A stretch of 64,000 bases of DNA from an uncultured Prevotellaceae bacterium (GTDB taxonomy: Bacteria > Bacteroidota > Bacteroidia > Bacteroidales > Bacteroidaceae): assembly GCA_900315565.1 (NCBI GenBank), contig OMZS01000021.1, positions 504 through 64,503 of the forward strand. Direction: 5' to 3'. A program made the position numbers and the translations under genes. The notes below the pieces were generated by a model. That model worked only from the letters and a program-made list of their open reading frames with translations, searched no databases and was not told where the DNA came from. Of the stretch, positions 7,792-17,211 are shown piece after piece (position 1 is the first letter of the stretch; each line of letters begins with the position of its first letter).

Positions 7792-10053
7792 TTACACTCT
7801 CGATACCTGGCGAATGCCTTTCACGGTGCGGAGTTTCTTCATGAGGGCCTCGAGCTTGGAGGTGTCGTCGAGCATCACGGTGATTTGGCCGCTAAAGAGG
7901 CCGTCGTTGGTGTCGATGTTGATGCTGCGCATCACTATTTTCTCTTCCTTCGAAATGATGCTGGTCAGATTGTTCACGATGCCCAGGTCGTCGTTACCGA
8001 TGACGCGCAGGGTGATGGTGTACTGCGAGGTGCCTTTGCCGCTCCATTTGGCGCGCACCACACGGTAGCCGAAACGCTTGCGCAGCTCGGGGGCGTTGGG
8101 ACAGTCGGTACGGTGTATTTTGATGCCTCCGCTCACGGTGACAAAGCCAAACACGTCGTCGCCGTAGATGGGGTGACAACACTTGGCCAGCTGGTAGTCA
8201 ACGCCCTTGAGGTTGCGGTCGATGACGAGCACATCGTCGTTGTTGCGTGCGATTTCCTCGTTGGGATTCTCAAACTCAAATTCCCCGGCACTTCGCGTGG
8301 GCACCTGGCTGGCGGCGTTCTGCTCCTGAGTTCGCAACTCTATGTATTTGTCTATCACATCGTTCACCTCGAGCTCGCCTTCGGCCAATTGCTTGTAGAA
8401 CTCCGAGGTTTGTTTGAAGCCGAGCTTCTTGATAACCTGGTTCATCACCGACTCGTCCAACTCTATCTTGCGGTTCTTCAGCCTTCGTTGGAGCGTTTCC
8501 TTGGCGTAGAGTCCGTCCTTTATTTGGGTTTCTTTCAGGGCCAGGCGTATTTTGGCTTTGGCACGGCTGGTTTTCACCACGTTGAGCCAGTCTTGCTTGG
8601 GCTTCTGGGTGCTCGAGGTGATGATTTCCACCTGGTCGCCGCTTTGAAGCTGCTGGCGGAAAGTAACCACCTTGTTGTTGATGCGTGCACCCGTGCACTG
8701 GTTGCCTACGCGCGAGTGAATGCGATAGGCAAAGTCGAGCACGGTGGCTCCCTTGGGAAATTTCAGCAGGTCGCCGTTGGGCGTGAACACATACACCTCG
8801 TCCTCGTAGAGATCCATCTTGAAGGTATCCATCACTTGCAGGTCGTCGCCTGCCTCCAGGGCAGAGCGAATGCTGTTGAGCCAGTCGTCCATGCCTCCCT
8901 CGGAGCCTTTCACGCCCTTGTAGCGCCAGTGGGCGGCCAGGCCGCGCTCGGCTATCTCATCCATGCGCTCGGTTCTGATTTGCACTTCCACCCATTTCTG
9001 CTCGGGGCCGAGCACGGTGATGTGCAGACTCTCGTAGCCGTTCGATTTGGGCACGCTGAGCCAGTCGCGCAGGCGCTTGGGGTTGGGCTGATACATGTCG
9101 GTGATGATGGAATAAACCTGCCAGCATTGCATCAGTTCCTGAGTGTGGAGCTTCTTCATTTCCTCCGACGACTGTTTCTGGCTTTCGGTCAGGGTGGGGG
9201 AGTCGAGAATGATGCGAATGGCAAACAGGTCGTAGATGCCCTCGAAGCCGCACTTCTGTTTCTTCATCTTCTGCCAGATGGAGTGTATCGACTTGGTGCG
9301 CCCTTTCATGTGGAATTTGAGTCCGGCGGCCTTGAGCTTTTCGTCAATAGGGCCAATGAAGCGTTCAATGTAGGCGTCGCGGCTTTTCTTGGTGGCGCTG
9401 AGTTTCTCGCGGATGAGGTAGTAGGCGTCGTGCTCCAAGTATTTCAGCGAGAGGTCCTCCAGTTCGCTCTTCAGCTTGTAGAGTCCCAGTTTGTGGGCCA
9501 GGGGAGCGTACAAGTAGCTGGCTTCCTCGGAGACACGTTGTTTGGCTTCAAGATTGTCCGTGTCGCGAATTTGCCGCATGAGGTTCACGCGGTCGGCAAT
9601 CATGATGAGAATCACGCGCATGTCCTCGGCAAACGAGAGCAGCAGGTTGCGGAAGTTCTCGCTCTCGATGACGGGATTCTTCTTGTAAAGCTCCTGTATG
9701 CGCACAATGCCGCGGATGATGTGGGCCACGCTGCCGCCATAGGTTTTCTCAATGTCGGCAAGATCCACAAAGCCATGAATCACGCTTCCGCAAAGCAAAA
9801 TGGCCAGCACACCGTCGCGACGCAAGCCTATCTCCTCGACGGCTATCAGCGCCGTCTGGAAGTCGCTCAGCACCGGATTGAGCCCGAACGCATCGCGGGG
9901 CAGCTGATTGTTGGCCAAGGCCGAGCGGAGATGCTCGCGCAGGTGGCGCTCGTCGTCGCTATGCAAAAAGCCCGAGAGCAACGGGCGCAAGCGCGACACT
10001 ATTTCGATGGTTGCCCGACGCTCTTCGCGGGTGAATAATAGTTTCTGAGACAT
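7792..10053 (-). CDS. relA: RelA/SpoT-family (p)ppGpp synthetase with degenerate HD hydrolase domain (RelA-type)
   Basis: 753 aa from ATG 10053. Synthetase motifs are GRTKSIHSIWQKMKKQ, DLFAIRIIL and AAHWRYK. A TGS domain (VFTPNGDLLKFPKGATVLDFAY) and a C-terminal ACT-like region are present. The hydrolase HD/ED positions read LLCGSVIHG. Confidence 0.9.
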   Translation of the reverse strand: MSQKLLFTREERRATIEIVSRLRPLLSGFLHSDDERHLREHLRSALANNQLPRDAFGLNPVLSDFQTALIAVEEIGLRRDGVLAILLCGSVIHGFVDLADIEKTYGGSVAHIIRGIVRIQELYKKNPVIESENFRNLLLSFAEDMRVILIMIADRVNLMRQIRDTDNLEAKQRVSEEASYLYAPLAHKLGLYKLKSELEDLSLKYLEHDAYYLIREKLSATKKSRDAYIERFIGPIDEKLKAAGLKFHMKGRTKSIHSIWQKMKKQKCGFEGIYDLFAIRIILDSPTLTESQKQSSEEMKKLHTQELMQCWQVYSIITDMYQPNPKRLRDWLSVPKSNGYESLHITVLGPEQKWVEVQIRTERMDEIAERGLAAHWRYKGVKGSEGGMDDWLNSIRSALEAGDDLQVMDTFKMDLYEDEVYVFTPNGDLLKFPKGATVLDFAYRIHSRVGNQCTGARINNKVVTFRQQLQSGDQVEIITSSTQKPKQDWLNVVKTSRAKAKIRLALKETQIKDGLYAKETLQRRLKNRKIELDESVMNQVIKKLGFKQTSEFYKQLAEGELEVNDVIDKYIELRTQEQNAASQVPTRSAGEFEFENPNEEIARNNDDVLVIDRNLKGVDYQLAKCCHPIYGDDVFGFVTVSGGIKIHRTDCPNAPELRKRFGYRVVRAKWSGKGTSQYTITLRVIGNDDLGIVNNLTSIISKEEKIVMRSINIDTNDGLFSGQITVMLDDTSKLEALMKKLRTVKGIRQVSRV

Positions 10054-10198
10054 ATCTAAGATTGCTTTTTCGAATGAATTTATATGCAAAGATACAATTT
10101 TTTCGCGATTTATTTCGTGTTTTAAGAAAAACTAGCTATATTTGTGGAATAAATACCACAAACATGTTATTTTTTTCTTTAAAAATCTAAATCATATT

Positions 10199-11716
10199 AT
10201 GCTAACACAACAGGATTTACAACAACTTGCTCAGAAAGGAATCACTCCTGAGCAAATCAACATTCAGTTAGACGAATTCAAAACGGGATTCCCCTTCCTG
10301 CGGCTCGAGGCTGCCGCTGCCGTGGGCAAAGGCATCGTGGCTCCAGCCGAGGATGAAAGAAAATGTTTTATCGAAGCCTGGGACAACTACAAGGCCGAAG
10401 GAAAGAAAATCGTGAAATTCGTGCCTGCCAGCGGTGCTGCCAGCCGCATGTTCAAGGACATGTTCGCATTTCTGAATGCCGACTACGACGTGCCTACCAC
10501 CAAGTTTGAGCAGCAGTACTTCGACAACATCGAGAAGTTTGCGTTCTACGAGGCTCTCGACGCCGCCTGCCAGAAAAACGAAGGCAAGGGCATCAAGCAG
10601 CTCATGGCCGACGGCAACTACAAGGCTGTGGTGGCCAACATGCTTCAGCCCAGTGGTCTGAACTACGGCCAGCTGCCCAAGGGCATGCTTCTGTTCCACC
10701 GTTACGCCGAGGGAGCACGCACACCCATGGAGGAGCATCTGGTGGAGGGCGCACTCTATGCCGCCAGTGCCGGCGAGGCCAACGTACACTTCACGGTGAG
10801 CCATGAGCACATGGAGTTCTTCGAGCAGAAAGTGGCCGACAAGAAAGATGGCTATGCAGAGAAATTCGGCGTGAAGTACAACATCAGTTTCTCTGAGCAG
10901 AAACCCAGCACCGACACTGTGGCTGCCAATCCCGACAACACGCCCTTCCGCAACGAAGACGGCTCGCTGCTCTTCCGTCCCGGAGGGCATGGCGCGCTCA
11001 TCGAGAATCTGAACGAGATTGACGCCGACGTCATCTTCATCAAGAACATCGACAACGTGGTGCCCGACCGTCTGAAGCCCGAAACGGTGGAGTACAAGCA
11101 GCTCATCGCCGGCGTGCTGGTCACACTTCAGAAACGCGCTTTCGACTATCTGCGCCAGCTGGAGTCGGGCGAGTACAACCACGAGAAACTGGAGGAAATC
11201 ATCCGCTTTGTTCAGCAAGACCTCTGCTGCCGCAAGCCCGACATTAAGGAACTGGAGGATGCCGAACTCGTCATCTACCTGAAGCAGAAGCTCAACCGTC
11301 CGATGCGCGTGTGCGGCGTGGTGAAAAACGTTGGAGAGCCTGGCGGAGGTCCGTTCCTTACTTACAACCAGGACGGCACCATCAGCCTTCAGATTCTCGA
11401 AAGCTCGCAAATCGACAAGAGCAACGAGGAGTACATGCGCATGTTCACCGAGGGCACTCACTTCAATCCCGTTGACCTGGTTTGTGCCGTGAAGGACTAT
11501 CAGGGCCGCCCGTTCAATCTGCCCGACTTTGTTGACAAAACCACCGGTTTCATCAGCAGTAAGAGCAAGAACGGCAAGGAACTCAAGGCGCTCGAATTGC
11601 CCGGCCTTTGGAACGGAGCCATGAGCAATTGGAACACCGTGTTCGTTGAGGTTCCTCTCGGAACATTCAACCCCGTGAAGACCGTCAACGACCTGCTTCG
11701 CGAACAGCACCAGTAG
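10199..11716 (+). CDS. DUF4301-like protein (function unknown)
   Basis: 505 aa from ATG 10199. The N-terminus MLTQQDLQQLAQKGITPEQINIQLDEFKTGFPF and the size match my recollection of the Bacteroidota DUF4301 family. Confidence 0.6.
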   Translation: MLTQQDLQQLAQKGITPEQINIQLDEFKTGFPFLRLEAAAAVGKGIVAPAEDERKCFIEAWDNYKAEGKKIVKFVPASGAASRMFKDMFAFLNADYDVPTTKFEQQYFDNIEKFAFYEALDAACQKNEGKGIKQLMADGNYKAVVANMLQPSGLNYGQLPKGMLLFHRYAEGARTPMEEHLVEGALYAASAGEANVHFTVSHEHMEFFEQKVADKKDGYAEKFGVKYNISFSEQKPSTDTVAANPDNTPFRNEDGSLLFRPGGHGALIENLNEIDADVIFIKNIDNVVPDRLKPETVEYKQLIAGVLVTLQKRAFDYLRQLESGEYNHEKLEEIIRFVQQDLCCRKPDIKELEDAELVIYLKQKLNRPMRVCGVVKNVGEPGGGPFLTYNQDGTISLQILESSQIDKSNEEYMRMFTEGTHFNPVDLVCAVKDYQGRPFNLPDFVDKTTGFISSKSKNGKELKALELPGLWNGAMSNWNTVFVEVPLGTFNPVKTVNDLLREQHQ

Positions 11717-11739
11717 ATTTCGTCACTACACAAAAAAAG

Positions 11740-11778
11740 ATCCCAGAGACCACACGAGCCTCTGGGATTCTTTTTTTT
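11740..11778 (+). terminator. Rho-independent terminator after the DUF4301-like gene
   Basis: The stem ATCCCAGAG / CTCTGGGAT is followed by TCTTTTTTTT. Confidence 0.7.
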
Positions 11779-11796
11779 GCCTGGAATCTGGACATG

Positions 11797-11867
11797 AGCG
11801 GAATACGGGAATCGAACCCGCCTCCCAGGCTTGGGAAGCCCGTGCACTACCGATGTGCTAATTCCGC
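11797..11867 (-). tRNA. tRNA-Gly (anticodon CCC)
   Basis: The reverse complement folds as a cloverleaf. The acceptor is GCGGAAT/ATTCCGC, the D stem GCAC/GTGC, the anticodon stem CGGGC/GCCTG with loop TTCCCAA, and the T arm GCGGG-TTCGATT-CCCGT. It is 71 nt with no encoded CCA. Confidence 0.9.
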
Positions 11868-11941
11868 AAGAAGTCAATAAAAATTCTTTCCGCTTGTAAA
11901 GATGAGTGTGAATGTTTTCCTTTGGCGATTTCCTGTCTTTG

Positions 11942-12017
<76 letters not shown>

Positions 12018-12109
12018 ATTTCCACCGCTAAAAAACAACTGTTTTAGGAAGCATTTTTCGCAAATGCGGTTGCAAAGGTAAATAGTTTTTTTTGATAATC
12101 AAAATATTT

Positions 12110-14959
12110 TCACAACAATTTTTCCTTTAAATAGCGCGCCGTGATGCTTTCCTTGCATTCGGTCAAGGCCTCGGGTGTGCCGGCAAACACCAGGTTGCCG
12201 CCTTTGTCGCCGCCGTCGGGGCCAAGGTCAATCACGTGGTCGGCACACTTGATAACTTCCATATTGTGCTCAATCACAATGATGCTATGGCCGCGCTGAA
12301 TGAGGGCTTCAAAGGCGTGGAGCAGCCGTTTGATGTCGTGGAAATGAAGACCCGTGGTGGGCTCGTCGAAAATGAATAGGGTAGGGTCCTGTCGCTCCTG
12401 TCCGATGAAGTAGGCAAGCTTCACGCGCTGGTTCTCGCCGCCGGATAGGGTAGAGGAGCTTTGTCCGAGTTTGATGTAGCCCAGTCCCACGTCGTCGAGG
12501 GGCTTCAGGCGTTGCACAATAGCGTCGAGCTGGCTTTGAACGGCTCGGGAGCTTTTCGGGCGTGGTGCTCCGAAAAATTCTATGGCCTCCGATACGGTCA
12601 TGTTGAGCACGTCGTCAATGTTTTTACCGTCGAAACGAACATCCAGAATGTCGCGCTTGAAACGATGTCCGTGGCACGACTCGCACTCAAGCACCAAGTC
12701 GGCCATGAATTGCATTTCCACCGTAATCACTCCCGCACCTTTGCACTCGTCGCATCGGCCGCCGTCGGTGTTGAACGAGAAATACTGGGGCGAAAATCCC
12801 ATTTGCTGGGCCAGGGGCTGCTCGGCAAACAGCTGGCGCACGGCATCGTAGGCCTTGACGTAAGTGGCTGGATTCGAACGTGTTGACTTGCCGATGGGGT
12901 TTTGGTCTACAAACTCCACATGCTTGATTTGCTGCCAGTCGCCTTCCAAGGCGATGTATTCGCCGGGGATGTCGGCCACCTCGTCCAGATGACGCTTGAG
13001 GGCAGGGTAGAGGATACCCTTCACCAGCGACGATTTGCCAGAGCCGCTAACGCCCGTAACCACGGTGAGCACGTTCAGCGGAAATTTTACATCGATGCCC
13101 CGCAGATTGTTCATGCGGCAACCACGCAGTTCGATGGACATGTTCCACGGGCGCCGCGACGCGGGAACCTCAATCTGCTCAGTACCCGTCAGGAACTTCA
13201 CCGTGTATGAAAGCGGATATTTTTTCAACGATGCTTTGGTGATGGTTTTGGCGTCGCCTTCGAACACAATTTCTCCGCCCAAACGGCCTGCATCGGGACC
13301 AACGTCAATCAGATAGTCGGCGGCACGAATAATTTCCTCGTCGTGCTCAACCACAATCACCGTGTTGCCCAACGACTGAAGCTGCTTGAGCACATGAATC
13401 AGCCGGTCGGTGTCGCGGCTGTGCAAACCGATGCTCGGCTCGTCGAGAATGTAGAGCGAGCCTACCAAACTGCTTCCCAACGATGTGGTGAGGTTGATGC
13501 GCTGACTCTCACCACCGCTCAGAGAGTTTGACTGACGGTTGAGCGTAAGATAGCCAACACCCACATCTACAAGAAATTGCAAACGGCTCTTGATTTCGGT
13601 GAGAAGACGTTTGGCCACACTGGCGTCGTGCTCGTCAAGCTCCAGACGGTCGAACCATTGTTTGAGTCTATAGACGGGCATCTCCACCAGGTCGGTGATG
13701 CTCATGCCGTTGATTTTCACATACTGGGCTTCGGGTTTCAGCCTTCCGCCATGGCAGTCGGGACAGATGGTCTTACCCCTGTAGCGGCTCATCATGACGC
13801 GGTACTGAATCTTGTACTGATTCTCTTTCACCATCTCAAAGAAGGCGTCGATGCTCACGCGGTCGTGCGGGTCGCGACGCTTATCAGAGGGCAGACCGTG
13901 CCAGAGCCAGTCTTTCTGCTGGCGAGTAAGATTGTAATAAGGCTCGAAAATGGGGAAATCATCAGCCGCCGCACGTCGGCAAAACTCATCTTTCCACATG
14001 CCCATTTTCTCGCCATGCCAGCATTGCACACATCCGTCATAGACGCTGAGCGCCGTATTGGGGATGACCAGTTTCTCGTCGATACCAATAACGCTTCCAA
14101 AGCCTTCGCAAGTGGGGCAGGCCCCGACGGGCGAATTGAATGAAAACATGTTGTCGCTGGGTTCCTCAAACCGAATACCGTCGGCCTCGAAACGTGTAGA
14201 AAAGTCATAGACTATGTTTGAAGGAAGGAACATCAGTCGGCACTGGCCGTCGCCCTCGTAAAAGGCTGTTTCGGCCGAATCGATGATGCGCGCCACCACG
14301 TCCTTGGCATCGTCAACTGAGAGACGGTCGATGAGCAGATGCACGTCCTCCTTGTTAACTTTCTCAATATCAGCAGTTTCTAAGAACTCGTCAATACGTG
14401 CAAACTCACCATTATGATAAATACGAGCATATCCCTCTTGTATCATCATTTGAAGCTGGCGCTCCATGGTGCGGCCCTCGGCCACCTTCAGCGGAGCCAT
14501 GATGACGAAGCGTGTGCCTTTAGAAAAGCTTTGCACACAGGCGAGTATATCCTCGGTGGAGTGTTTCTTTACTTCCTGGCCGCTTACAGGCGAATAAGTG
14601 CGCCCGATGCGGGCAAAAAGCAATCGCAGGTACTCGTAGATTTCTGTTGACGTGCCTACGGTGGAACGAGGATTGCGGCTGATGACTTTTTGCTCGATGG
14701 CGATGGCGGGTGGCAGTCCCTTGATGAAGTCGCACTCAGGTTTGCTCATTCGTCCCAAGAACTGACGCGCATAGCTCGAGAGACTCTCCACGTAGCGGCG
14801 TTGGCCCTCGGCATAAAGCGTGTCGAAAGCCAGCGACGATTTGCCAGAGCCGCTCACGCCGGCGATGGCAATAAATTTGTTGCGAGGTATATTGAGCGAA
14901 ACATTTTTCAGATTGTTTACGCGCGTACCTTTAATTATTATGCTATCATTCATTTTCAT
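12110..14959 (-). CDS. uvrA: Excinuclease ABC subunit A
   Basis: 949 aa with two ABC modules (GVSGSGKSSLAFDTLYAEGQRRY; VTGVSGSGKSSLV). Zinc-finger cysteines are CPTCEG, CPDCHG and CDECKG. Confidence 0.95.
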   Translation of the reverse strand: MKMNDSIIIKGTRVNNLKNVSLNIPRNKFIAIAGVSGSGKSSLAFDTLYAEGQRRYVESLSSYARQFLGRMSKPECDFIKGLPPAIAIEQKVISRNPRSTVGTSTEIYEYLRLLFARIGRTYSPVSGQEVKKHSTEDILACVQSFSKGTRFVIMAPLKVAEGRTMERQLQMMIQEGYARIYHNGEFARIDEFLETADIEKVNKEDVHLLIDRLSVDDAKDVVARIIDSAETAFYEGDGQCRLMFLPSNIVYDFSTRFEADGIRFEEPSDNMFSFNSPVGACPTCEGFGSVIGIDEKLVIPNTALSVYDGCVQCWHGEKMGMWKDEFCRRAAADDFPIFEPYYNLTRQQKDWLWHGLPSDKRRDPHDRVSIDAFFEMVKENQYKIQYRVMMSRYRGKTICPDCHGGRLKPEAQYVKINGMSITDLVEMPVYRLKQWFDRLELDEHDASVAKRLLTEIKSRLQFLVDVGVGYLTLNRQSNSLSGGESQRINLTTSLGSSLVGSLYILDEPSIGLHSRDTDRLIHVLKQLQSLGNTVIVVEHDEEIIRAADYLIDVGPDAGRLGGEIVFEGDAKTITKASLKKYPLSYTVKFLTGTEQIEVPASRRPWNMSIELRGCRMNNLRGIDVKFPLNVLTVVTGVSGSGKSSLVKGILYPALKRHLDEVADIPGEYIALEGDWQQIKHVEFVDQNPIGKSTRSNPATYVKAYDAVRQLFAEQPLAQQMGFSPQYFSFNTDGGRCDECKGAGVITVEMQFMADLVLECESCHGHRFKRDILDVRFDGKNIDDVLNMTVSEAIEFFGAPRPKSSRAVQSQLDAIVQRLKPLDDVGLGYIKLGQSSSTLSGGENQRVKLAYFIGQERQDPTLFIFDEPTTGLHFHDIKRLLHAFEALIQRGHSIIVIEHNMEVIKCADHVIDLGPDGGDKGGNLVFAGTPEALTECKESITARYLKEKLL

Positions 14960-15410
14960 CTAATTCTTTGCCCAGAATTAACCCAAACTTGCATTTCAGA
15001 TTCTCATTCATTTAAATAGTACTCAGAAGAGGGGAATTCACCTTTCTAAATACCCTATTTATCATAATGTCGATTATGTTTAAAAAATCGCTATCATCGA
15101 ATTTCAGGTTTCTTGAGTGATTTTTTCAGTCATTACCAATCAGCATTATTGTCGTATCTTTTACTGTAGGAGGCGACGTGTCCCACGTTGCGATGACGAA
15201 GATGTCCCGTCGCGTTGACGCTATTGTCACGTGAGCCACGTGACCTCCTAAATGGATGCTGCAAAATTACGATTAATTTTCCCGATATCAAACTCTTTAC
15301 TTCAACTTTTTTAGTTTTACTCGGTTTTTCTTGTTTTTCCATGTTTTACTGATGAAATCTCCACTTGGTGTCTGGTTATAATTCCTCCAGGCTCAGTCTT
15401 CTGATCATAA

Positions 15411-15650
15411 CGTCGTGAGATAATCTCAAATTTTCTAGATTATTTTACAGCAACGCCGTGAGTTATTTTCGTAATGCCGTGAGTTGTTTTTGTAACGTCG
15501 TGAGATAATCTCAAATTTTCTAGAAAATTCTACAGCAACGTCGTGAGTTATTTTTGTAATACCGTGAGTTATTTTTGTAGTGCCGTGAGTTATTTTTGTA
15601 GTGCCGTGAGTTATTTTTGTAACATCGTGAAATAATCTCAAATTATCTAG
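15411..15650. repeat. 21-bp-phased tandem array (iteron-like) interleaved with a 43-bp unit
   Basis: CGTGAG starts at 15414, 15457, 15478, 15499, 15542, 15563, 15584, 15605 and 15626, giving spacings of 43, 21, 21, 43, 21, 21, 21, 21. Four consecutive near-identical units CGTGAGTTATTTTTGTAnnnn span 15542-15625. The 43-bp unit CGTGAGATAATCTCAAATTTTCTAGA... occurs at 15414 and 15499, with a partial third copy at 15626. Confidence 0.85.
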
Positions 15651-15676
15651 CCTGTATTATTCATTAGTTTCTTATT

Positions 15677-15807
15677 TTACGCTACGCGCCTTTCAAAAAC
15701 CAAGAAAAACCAAGAAAAACTAATAAAAACCAGGTGGATACAAATAAAAACCTGTTTTTCCTTGTTTGGTTTTGTTTTTCTTTGTTTTTGAAAGGCGCGG
15801 AGCGTAA
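15677..15807. repeat. ~130-nt imperfect hairpin built from 10-bp A-rich/T-rich words
   Basis: The left arm TTACGCTACGCGCCTTTCAAAAAC (15677-15700) pairs with GTTTTTGAAAGGCGCGGAGCGTAA (15784-15807), matching at 23 of 24 positions. The inner arms are CAAGAAAAAC repeats against GTTTTTCTTTG-type repeats. Confidence 0.7.
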
Positions 15808-16188
15808 ATCTTCATTCTTTGTGAATAATGCAGGAAAGTCGCGCTTCGTTCTTGAAATGCAGAAAAAGAATACTTTTTGAAAATATTTTGAGGTAAATGT
15901 AACTTTTTCCACAATCGTTCGTTATATATTTACTTGAACAATCATGTGGATAAAAAAATGATAGCCTACAGACATGGAACAAACATGGCTCCAAAAGGCA
16001 CCGAAACAGCATAATGCTTTACAAAATGAAAGGAGACGTGCATGATTTAACGTTTTTTAAACGCAAAAAACAAGCACAAGGCGATACAACTTATTGATAT
16101 TTTTTGTAATTTTGCAACGTTTTAGGAACAATATTTCACGTATCCGCTTGGTTTTCAGATAATTAGAATAGATTTAAGGTATTAAAGG

Positions 16189-17061
16189 ATGAGACAACTA
16201 AAAATTCAGAAAAGTATTACGAATCGCTCAAGCGAGGCGCTGGACAAGTATCTGGTAGAGATTGGCCGTGCTCCGCTCATTTCGATTGATGAAGAAATTG
16301 AACTCGCCCAGAAGATTAAAAAGGGCGGTCGTGAGGGTGAAATTGCAAAAGACAAACTCGTAACCGCTAACCTGCGCTTTGTGGTTTCGGTGGCTAAGCA
16401 GTATCAGCACCAAGGGCTGACGCTCACCGACCTTATTGACGAAGGTAACATCGGCCTTATAAAGGCTGCCCAGAAGTTTGACGAAACGCGTGGCTTCAAA
16501 TTCATATCGTATGCGGTATGGTGGATTCGCCAAAGCATTCTGCAGGCCATTGCCGAGCAGAGCCGCATTGTGCGCCTGCCGCTCAATCAGGTAGGTTCGC
16601 TCAACAAAATCAACCACGAAATCAACAAGTTCGAGCAGGAAAACCAGCGCCATCCTTCGGTGTCGGAGCTTTCTGAAGCTACGAAGCTCGACGAGGAGAA
16701 AATCGGTCAGAGCCTGATGGCAGATGGCCACCATGTGAGCATCGACGCTCCGTTCCAGGACGGTGAAGACAACTGTATGCTCGATGTAATGTCGAGTGGC
16801 GACGATAGCCGCACCGACCGTCAGGTTGACCACGAGAGTATGGCTCAAGAGCTAAACTCTGTGCTTAATAAAGTGTTGAAAGAAAGAGAGATAACCATTA
16901 TTCGCGAATGTTTTGGTATAGGCTGCCACGAGAAAGGTCTCGAAGAGATTGGCGACCAGCTGGGTCTCACCCGCGAGCGTGTGCGCCAGATTCGCGAGAA
17001 GAGCATTGCCAAGCTTCGCGATAGTGGCAATGCCCGCATTCTGATGAAATATCTCGGATAA
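16189..17061 (+). CDS. rpoD: Primary RNA polymerase sigma factor (sigma-70 family, short Bacteroidota type)
   Basis: 290 aa. Motifs are DLIDEGNIGLIKAAQKFD (region 2), YAVWWIRQSI and RERVRQIREKSIAKLR (region 4). Confidence 0.9.
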   Translation: MRQLKIQKSITNRSSEALDKYLVEIGRAPLISIDEEIELAQKIKKGGREGEIAKDKLVTANLRFVVSVAKQYQHQGLTLTDLIDEGNIGLIKAAQKFDETRGFKFISYAVWWIRQSILQAIAEQSRIVRLPLNQVGSLNKINHEINKFEQENQRHPSVSELSEATKLDEEKIGQSLMADGHHVSIDAPFQDGEDNCMLDVMSSGDDSRTDRQVDHESMAQELNSVLNKVLKEREITIIRECFGIGCHEKGLEEIGDQLGLTRERVRQIREKSIAKLRDSGNARILMKYLG

Positions 17062-17122
17062 TTGCCTTGTTAAGGATTGCCCTTGTCGGGTCACGTCCCA
17101 CAGGTTAGAATCAAATAAAAAT

Positions 17123-17163
17123 TCCTCCTTTGGTTTTATTGTAAGCCAAAGGAGGATTTTTTT
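17123..17163 (+). terminator. Rho-independent terminator after rpoD
   Basis: The stem TCCTCCTTTGG / CCAAAGGAGGA is followed by T7. Confidence 0.75.
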
Positions 17164-17211
17164 ATGGTTTTTGTCAACTAATTACATTTTTTTTCGTATT
17201 TTTGCCGACTA

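Noticed and set aside
7885-10038. 717-aa ORF antisense to relA. Similar long antisense ORFs include 10268-11710, 19176-19919, 29938-30717, 31728-32480, 36265-37101, 48362-49162, 53492-54454, 58516-59676, 60093-61025, 61050-61799 and 62732-63817.
   Set aside because: These are shadow ORFs. Each lies entirely inside a well-supported gene on the other strand. Their composition is low-complexity and rich in V/A/G/L/H, and they carry no recognisable motifs. They arise from stop-codon depletion opposite codon-biased genes.
15435-15641. 68-aa ORF with HGTTKIT peptide repeats. Other small ORFs lie in the same gap (15133-15342, 15682-15912, 15720-15914, 15812-16012).
   Set aside because: The peptide repeats are simply the translation of the 21-bp DNA tandem array. 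The other ORFs run through low-complexity A/T words and have no coding signal.
15411-15650. Possible CRISPR array
   Set aside because: The repeats are contiguous at 21-bp spacing with no unique spacers, are too short for CRISPR repeats, and no cas genes lie nearby.
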